Shown: in pieces, positions 59,419 through 64,000 of the stretch
How positions within the stretch are numbered: the stretch's first letter is position 1
Layout: each line of letters opens with the position of its first letter
Source: an uncultured Solirubrobacterales bacterium
Lineage (GTDB): Bacteria; Actinomycetota; Thermoleophilia; Solirubrobacterales; 70-9
DNA length: 64,000 nt
NCBI GenBank assembly: GCA_963793415.1
Contig: CAWCAC010000002.1
Location: 2,233,881 to 2,297,880, forward strand
Direction: 5' to 3'
The notes under the pieces: model-generated
Told to the model about the DNA's origin: nothing
Databases searched by the model: none
The model's input: the letters and a program-made list of their open reading frames with translations, nothing else
Made by a program: the position numbers and the translations under genes

Positions 59419-59515
59419 CCGCAACTCAGCCGGCGCCCGCAGCTCAAAACGGGCCGCAGCGGGGCCCGAACCCCGCAGCTCAACCCGAGCCGCGGCGCCG
59501 CCCAGGCCGCAGCCC
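59419..59515. repeat. degenerate ~18-19-bp tandem repeat (CGCAGCTCAA-type) in the efp 3' flank
   Basis: CGCAACTCAG (59419), CGCAGCTCAAAAC (59438), CGCAGCGGGG (59455), CGCAGCTCAACCCGAGC (59474). 59476..59488 (CAGCTCAACCCGA) equals the reverse complement of the unit junction of the 45381 repeat. Confidence 0.5.
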
Positions 59516-59522
59516 CGACCCC

Positions 59523-60083
59523 CTACGCTCGGCTTACGTACTCGCCGGAGCGCGTGTCGACGCGGACGCGTTCGCCCTCTTCGATGAAGAGAGGGACGCG
59601 GATCACGACACCGGTCTCCAGCGTTGCCGGTTTGTCGCCGCCGCCGGAGGCGGTGTCGCCCTTGAGGCCGGGCTCGGTGGTGGTGACTGTCAGCTCGACG
59701 GCGCTCGGCACCTGGACGCCGGCCGGGTTCTCGTCGACGAAGAGGACGTCGACCTCATCGTTGGCCAGCACCCATTGCATCGCCTCACCAGCCGCGGCCG
59801 ATGAGAGCTCGAGCTGGTCGTAGGTCTGGGTGTCCATGAAGACCTTGTCGTCGCCCGCGTCGTAGAGGTACTGCATCTTCCGGGTCTCGGTGCGGACCGG
59901 CCGGAACTTCTCGCCGGCGCGGAAGGTCTTGTCGATCACGGAGCCGTCCTCCTGGCGCCGCAGCTTGGTCCGCACGAAGGCGCCGCCCTTGCCAGGCTTG
60001 ACGTGCTGGAAGTCCATGATCCGGTAGATCTTCCCGTCGACCTCGATGTGGGCCCCGTTCTTGAATTGCGCTGTCGAAATCAC
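59523..60083 (-). CDS. efp: elongation factor P
   Basis: GTG start gives VISTAQFKNGAHIEVDGKIYRIMDFQHVKPGKGGAFVRTKLR... (KPGKG loop). 186 aa. The listed ORF extends upstream with an Arg-rich lead. Confidence 0.95.
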   Translation of the reverse strand: MISTAQFKNGAHIEVDGKIYRIMDFQHVKPGKGGAFVRTKLRRQEDGSVIDKTFRAGEKFRPVRTETRKMQYLYDAGDDKVFMDTQTYDQLELSSAAAGEAMQWVLANDEVDVLFVDENPAGVQVPSAVELTVTTTEPGLKGDTASGGGDKPATLETGVVIRVPLFIEEGERVRVDTRSGEYVSRA

Positions 60084-60127
60084 TGCGGCGCAAGGGTAAC
60101 GACCGGACAGCAGGTAGCGTTCCCGCG

Positions 60128-61165
60128 ATGCGGACTGGGGAAGCCGGACGGCGTCAGCTCCGGCGGTCGATCGCGGGCCTCTGGGCCCTCGGCGCCGTCG
60201 CGGTCGTCTCGTGGGCCTCCCCCGCCTCCGCGGCCGTTGCCTCAACCTCGGCCGCGGAGCAGGACCGCGGCCCCGAGCTGACCGTGCCGCGCAGCGAGCT
60301 CAAGGCGGCCTTCAGCTGCCCAACCGACCCAACCGCTGCAACAAAGACGCCGATCATGTTCGTCTCCGGCACCGCCAGCACGGGCTCCCAGGGCTACGCG
60401 CTGATGCAGGGAGCGTTCGAGCGCTTTGGGCATCCGGTCTGCCACGTCACCTTCCCGGACCTGACGACCGCCGACATCCAGGTCTCGGTCCAGTACCTCG
60501 TCTATGGGCTGCGGCGCGAGTACGAGCTCGCCGGACGCAAGGTCGCGATCTACGGGATCAGCCAGGGCGGCCTGATCTCCCGCTTCGCGCTCACCTACTG
60601 GCCCGATCTGCGGCGCAAGGTCGGCGACCTCTTCTCCGCGGCCGGCACGCAACACGGCACCGACATCGACTTCGGCGGCTGCGCCGGCGGCTGCGCGCCG
60701 GCGATCTGGCAGCAGCTCGAGGGCTCGAGGCTGCTGCGGGCCCTCAACGCCCAGCCGGACGAGACGCCCGGCGGCGTCTCCTACACGACCGTCCGCACGG
60801 AGATGGACGAGCTGGTGCAACCGCAGACCGGCAAGCACCCGACCTCCTCGCTCGCGGGCGCCCGCAACATCCGCATCCAGAAGGTCTGCCCCGGCCGCGT
60901 CACCGGGCACCTTGGAGCGATCGTCAACTCGGTCTCGTTCGCCGCCTTCACCGACGCCGTCGGTCGTCGCGGCCGCGGCATCGAGGGGGCCGCGCGGACG
61001 TCGCGCCTGCCCGCCGGCGTCTGCGATCAGCCCTACGCGGAGGGTCTCGTCGAGGCCCAGGTCGAGGCGCTGATCGCGGCAGCCGGAGGCGGGCTCGCCT
61101 CCGTCCTCGACCTCGTCCCCGAGGTCGGGAGAGAGCCCAGGGTCCGCGCCGTCTTCAAGCGCTGA
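60128..61165 (+). CDS. secreted lipase/esterase (alpha/beta hydrolase)
   Basis: N-terminal RRQLRRSIAGLWALGAVAVVSWASPASA signal (possibly Tat-type). PIMFVSGTASTG and the GISQGG nucleophile elbow. Confidence 0.72.
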   Translation: MRTGEAGRRQLRRSIAGLWALGAVAVVSWASPASAAVASTSAAEQDRGPELTVPRSELKAAFSCPTDPTAATKTPIMFVSGTASTGSQGYALMQGAFERFGHPVCHVTFPDLTTADIQVSVQYLVYGLRREYELAGRKVAIYGISQGGLISRFALTYWPDLRRKVGDLFSAAGTQHGTDIDFGGCAGGCAPAIWQQLEGSRLLRALNAQPDETPGGVSYTTVRTEMDELVQPQTGKHPTSSLAGARNIRIQKVCPGRVTGHLGAIVNSVSFAAFTDAVGRRGRGIEGAARTSRLPAGVCDQPYAEGLVEAQVEALIAAAGGGLASVLDLVPEVGREPRVRAVFKR

Positions 61166-61183
61166 GGACCCTCGGGCGGACGG

Positions 61184-61426
61184 CTACTGCTCGTAGCCCT
61201 CGACGGTCTCGGTGTCGCGGACGGAGGTGTTGTCGGGGTCGAGGCCGAACTCCTCGTGCGCCTGGCGCTGGCGCAGCAGGTCCCAGGATTTGTCGAGCTC
61301 GACCTTGAGCTCCTCGAGGCGCGCGTGACGCTCGGGGTCCTCGCCCTTCTGGGGTGCCTCGCCAAGCAGCTTCTGCTCCTCGGCGACCATCTGCTCGATC
61401 CGCTCCCTGAGCGTCGCGTCGTCCAT
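61184..61426 (-). CDS. DUF2630 family protein
   Basis: MDDATLRERIEQMVAEEQKLL...RLEELKVELDKSWDLLRQRQA is the typical DUF2630 pattern. 80 aa from the ATG at 61426. Confidence 0.7.
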   Translation of the reverse strand: MDDATLRERIEQMVAEEQKLLGEAPQKGEDPERHARLEELKVELDKSWDLLRQRQAHEEFGLDPDNTSVRDTETVEGYEQ

Positions 61427-61461
61427 ACCGGTGACGATAGCGGCTAGCCTGCCCGACCCCG

Positions 61462-62448
61462 ATGCGGGCATTCAGCTGCGACAACTGCTCCCGGCTCGTC
61501 TTCTTCCCCAACACGAGCTGCCTCAACTGCGGCGCCGAGCTCGCCTTCGACTGGAAGACCCGCGAGATCTGCAACGACCCCGCGCATCGCTGCGCGAATC
61601 GGGCCGTCGCCGCCTGCAACGCGCAGGTGGACGCCGAGGGCGATCTCTGCTTCGCCTGCCTGCTGACCCGAACCCGCCCGCCCGACGACGACGCCGAGGG
61701 CATGGCCGCCTTCGCCGAGGCCGAGGCTGCCAAGCGTCACCTCCTGTTCGAGCTGGGCGAGCTCGGCCTGCCGGTCGACTCCTACCGGGACGTCGAAGGC
61801 GGGCTCGCCTTCGACCTCCTCTCGAGCTCGCAACAGCCGGTCACGACCGGGCACGCGACCGGGCTGATCACACTCGACCTGGCCGAGTCCGACGACGTCC
61901 ACCGCGAGCGCATGCGCCAAGAACTCGGCGAGCCCTACCGGACCCTGCTCGGCCACTTCCGCCACGAGGTCGGCCACTACTACTTCCCGATCCTGACCTC
62001 GGAAGCCACACAACTCGACCGCGCCCGGGCCCTGTTCGGCGACGAACGCGAGGACTACGCCGCCGCTCTCGACCGCCACTACGAGCAGGGGCCGCCTCCC
62101 GGCTGGCAGCAGCGCTACGTGAGTGCCTACGCGACGATGCATCCGTCTGAGGACTTCGCCGAGACCTTCGCCCACTTCCTCCACATCCACGACACGCTGC
62201 AGACCGCGGCCTCACACCGGATCCGGGTCGAGGGACCGCTCGACGCCGAGACTCCGCCCGGGCCCGAGCCCGACGAGCCCGGCGGCTTCGAGGACGTGAT
62301 CGCCGAGTGGCTGCCGCTGACCTACGCGCTCAACGCGATCAACCGCAGCATGGGCCGCGACGACCTCTACCCGTTCGTGCTCAGTGCCCCGGCGATCGCG
62401 AAGCTGTCGCTCGTCGCTGAGCTCGCCGCGGCGGCCCGGCGCGCCTAG
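61462..62448 (+). CDS. putative zinc-binding metallopeptidase with N-terminal zinc ribbon
   Basis: CDNCSRLVFFPNTSCLNCGAEL zinc ribbon, followed by HFRHEVGHYYF (HExxH) and EDFAETFAHFLH. Confidence 0.72.
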   Translation: MRAFSCDNCSRLVFFPNTSCLNCGAELAFDWKTREICNDPAHRCANRAVAACNAQVDAEGDLCFACLLTRTRPPDDDAEGMAAFAEAEAAKRHLLFELGELGLPVDSYRDVEGGLAFDLLSSSQQPVTTGHATGLITLDLAESDDVHRERMRQELGEPYRTLLGHFRHEVGHYYFPILTSEATQLDRARALFGDEREDYAAALDRHYEQGPPPGWQQRYVSAYATMHPSEDFAETFAHFLHIHDTLQTAASHRIRVEGPLDAETPPGPEPDEPGGFEDVIAEWLPLTYALNAINRSMGRDDLYPFVLSAPAIAKLSLVAELAAAARRA

Positions 62449-63113
62449 CGCGGCGCCGGCGGGTGGGCCCGGCGGACGCCCTCGCCGGCGGCGGGCTCGA
62501 TCGAGTCCCGGGCGGCCTCGAGCAGCGACAGGACCAGCACGTGGGCGCCGGAGCCGACACCGACCGTCCAGTAGCGCCGGAACCACAGGCGCGCCCACTC
62601 GTCGGTGGTCGCGGTCCGCATCGTCCCCGTCAGCAGGGTGCCGCCAGCCTCGAGCTCCTCTGCCCGCAGCTCGTAGACGGTCTTCGCCCAGCCACCCTCG
62701 GCGAACGAGGTGAAGTCCTCGGGGGCGACGTCCGCGTAGTGGATGACCGGCCGCCAGAAGCGGCCGACGAGCCCGAGCGCGAGCTCGCGCTCGCCCGACT
62801 CGAGCACCACCCAGCCGCCCTCGCCGGCAGGGATCCGGGCCGTGTCCGCGATCGTCATCGGCGCCTCGGGCCGCTCGGGCTTGCGCCCGTGAGCGATCTC
62901 GATCAGCGCCTCGGGGAGGATCCGCAGCGCCCCGAGCGCACCGACCATGCGGTGGCTGCGGCCGAGGTCGAGCAGGTCGACCCCGAGCAGCGCGGCCCAG
63001 GCCTCGTCGGGGCTCGCCGCAACCTCGACGCCGACCGCGTCACAGACGTCGAAGCTCGGCAGGTAGCGCTCGGCCGCGCTCAGCGGCCGCATCGGTCCGT
63101 GCTGCGCTTCCAT
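62445..63113 (-). CDS. hypothetical protein (SRPBCC/DUF2867-like, tentative)
   Basis: 222-aa ORF with normal codon bias. The pattern FDVCDAVGVEVAASPDEAWAAL ... GRFW ... TT is reminiscent of the START/SRPBCC fold. Not firmly recognised. Confidence 0.45.
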   Translation of the reverse strand: MEAQHGPMRPLSAAERYLPSFDVCDAVGVEVAASPDEAWAALLGVDLLDLGRSHRMVGALGALRILPEALIEIAHGRKPERPEAPMTIADTARIPAGEGGWVVLESGERELALGLVGRFWRPVIHYADVAPEDFTSFAEGGWAKTVYELRAEELEAGGTLLTGTMRTATTDEWARLWFRRYWTVGVGSGAHVLVLSLLEAARDSIEPAAGEGVRRAHPPAPR

Positions 63114-63116
63114 CGG

Positions 63117-63788
63117 TCAAGGATTCATCGAGAACGGTGGGTACCGGTCCGTGATCAAGAGGAACGCGTAGCCGACGACCCGGTTGTGCCAGCGCAAGAC
63201 CCCCTCGACGAAGCCGAACAGTCCGCGCGGATAGCGGCCGGTGAACAGGATCGCGAACCAGGCCGCGACCACGGCGAAGAAGGCGGCGAGCCAGAGGAAG
63301 CCGAGGATCACGTAGTGGGGCAGCGCCAACAGCCACTTGACCAGCGGCAGGCCGCGGCTCAGTTCGGTCCCTGCGTCCGGGTACGGGAAGTCGAGTGCGA
63401 CCGCCTGCCGCTCGTCGGTCGACGGATAGCGATCGTCCATCAGCAGCGCGTAGACGGCGACCCGGTTCGTGAACCGCACGAGCTCGAGGTTCCAGTCGTA
63501 CCACCAACGTGGGTACTTGCGCCGGAACAGCAGCATCAGTAGCACCGGCAGGAAGAGGATCCCGACCCCGGTAAGCCCGATCGTGACGGTCGTGTCGCCC
63601 GGCGCGGTGTACGTGTTCTCCGCACCGGTCACCGACGCCAGCAGGATCGCGATCGGAATCACGGTGAGGAAGCGGAAGAACGACGTCAGGCGATTGAGCG
63701 GGCGGTCCTGGTAGTCGACTCCGAAGCTGACCGGATAGCCGCCTGAAGCTGTCTGCGGCGGCGTGGTCTCGGAGGGAAGGTCGTTCAC
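63117..63788 (-). CDS. DUF4389 domain membrane protein
   Basis: RLTSFFRFLTVIPIAILL and FTGRYPRGLFGFVEGVLRWHNRVVGYAFLLITDRYPPFS are DUF4389 hallmarks, duplicated within the protein. Confidence 0.75.
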   Translation of the reverse strand: MNDLPSETTPPQTASGGYPVSFGVDYQDRPLNRLTSFFRFLTVIPIAILLASVTGAENTYTAPGDTTVTIGLTGVGILFLPVLLMLLFRRKYPRWWYDWNLELVRFTNRVAVYALLMDDRYPSTDERQAVALDFPYPDAGTELSRGLPLVKWLLALPHYVILGFLWLAAFFAVVAAWFAILFTGRYPRGLFGFVEGVLRWHNRVVGYAFLLITDRYPPFSMNP

Positions 63789-63859
63789 GGGCGCGCTCCT
63801 CGGCAGTGTTGACGGACTGCCTCAGCGTCGCACCGGCTCCCTCCGGGGAGCGACGGGGC

Positions 63860-64000
63860 CTATCCCCCGCCCGCCTCCGCTGAAACTACGGTGGCCCGGG
63901 ACGCGCGCCAGAAGAGCAGCCGCTGGCCGAAGCTCCAGAGGCTGGTCGTGATCGAGTAGATCGCGAGGCCGGCCGGGAAGCGGGCGATCACGGTCACGAA
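63860..64000 (-). CDS. yidC: YidC/Oxa1-type membrane insertase, C-terminal end only (gene continues beyond window)
   Basis: The minus strand from 64000 reads FVTVIARFPAGLAIYSITTSLWSFGQRLLFWRASRATV...* with the stop codon at 63862..63860. PAGLxxYxxxxxLWSxxQ is the conserved last-TM motif of YidC. Confidence 0.5.
   Translation of the reverse strand, partial: FVTVIARFPAGLAIYSITTSLWSFGQRLLFWRASRATVVSAEAGGG

Overview
High-GC (roughly 70% by eye) Actinobacteria-like chromosome segment; a Thermoleophilia/Solirubrobacterales-type origin is only a guess. About 65 protein genes and 2 intact tRNAs are supportable. Bases 16.6-64 kb are mostly housekeeping: ppsA, mmsA, dnaG-dgt-recO, mutM, xerD, pyrG, and a long minus-strand block efp-nusB-xseB-ispA-dxs-tlyA-nadK-recN-steA. 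That block matches the order known from Bacillus and E. coli. It is interrupted by a DUF559 endonuclease-like gene (between efp and nusB) and by a three-gene prepilin/minor-pilin-like cassette (between dxs and tlyA). No pilus assembly genes occur anywhere in the window. Bases 5.5-16.6 kb look accessory. An intact tRNA-Met(CAT) sits next to a 5'-truncated tyrosine integrase, and two further tRNA 3'-end fragments lie at 11.09 kb and 5.48 kb. This suggests two decayed integrative elements in tandem, carrying membrane and secreted proteins. Non-coding oddities are a perfect-period 21-bp x4 tandem repeat, a related degenerate repeat 14 kb away in the opposite orientation, and the heptamer ACGTTCG recurring in intergenic DNA, including three copies upstream of tRNA-Asn. 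No CRISPR array, rRNA or recognisable defence system was seen. All functional calls rest on motif recognition by eye, not on database searches.
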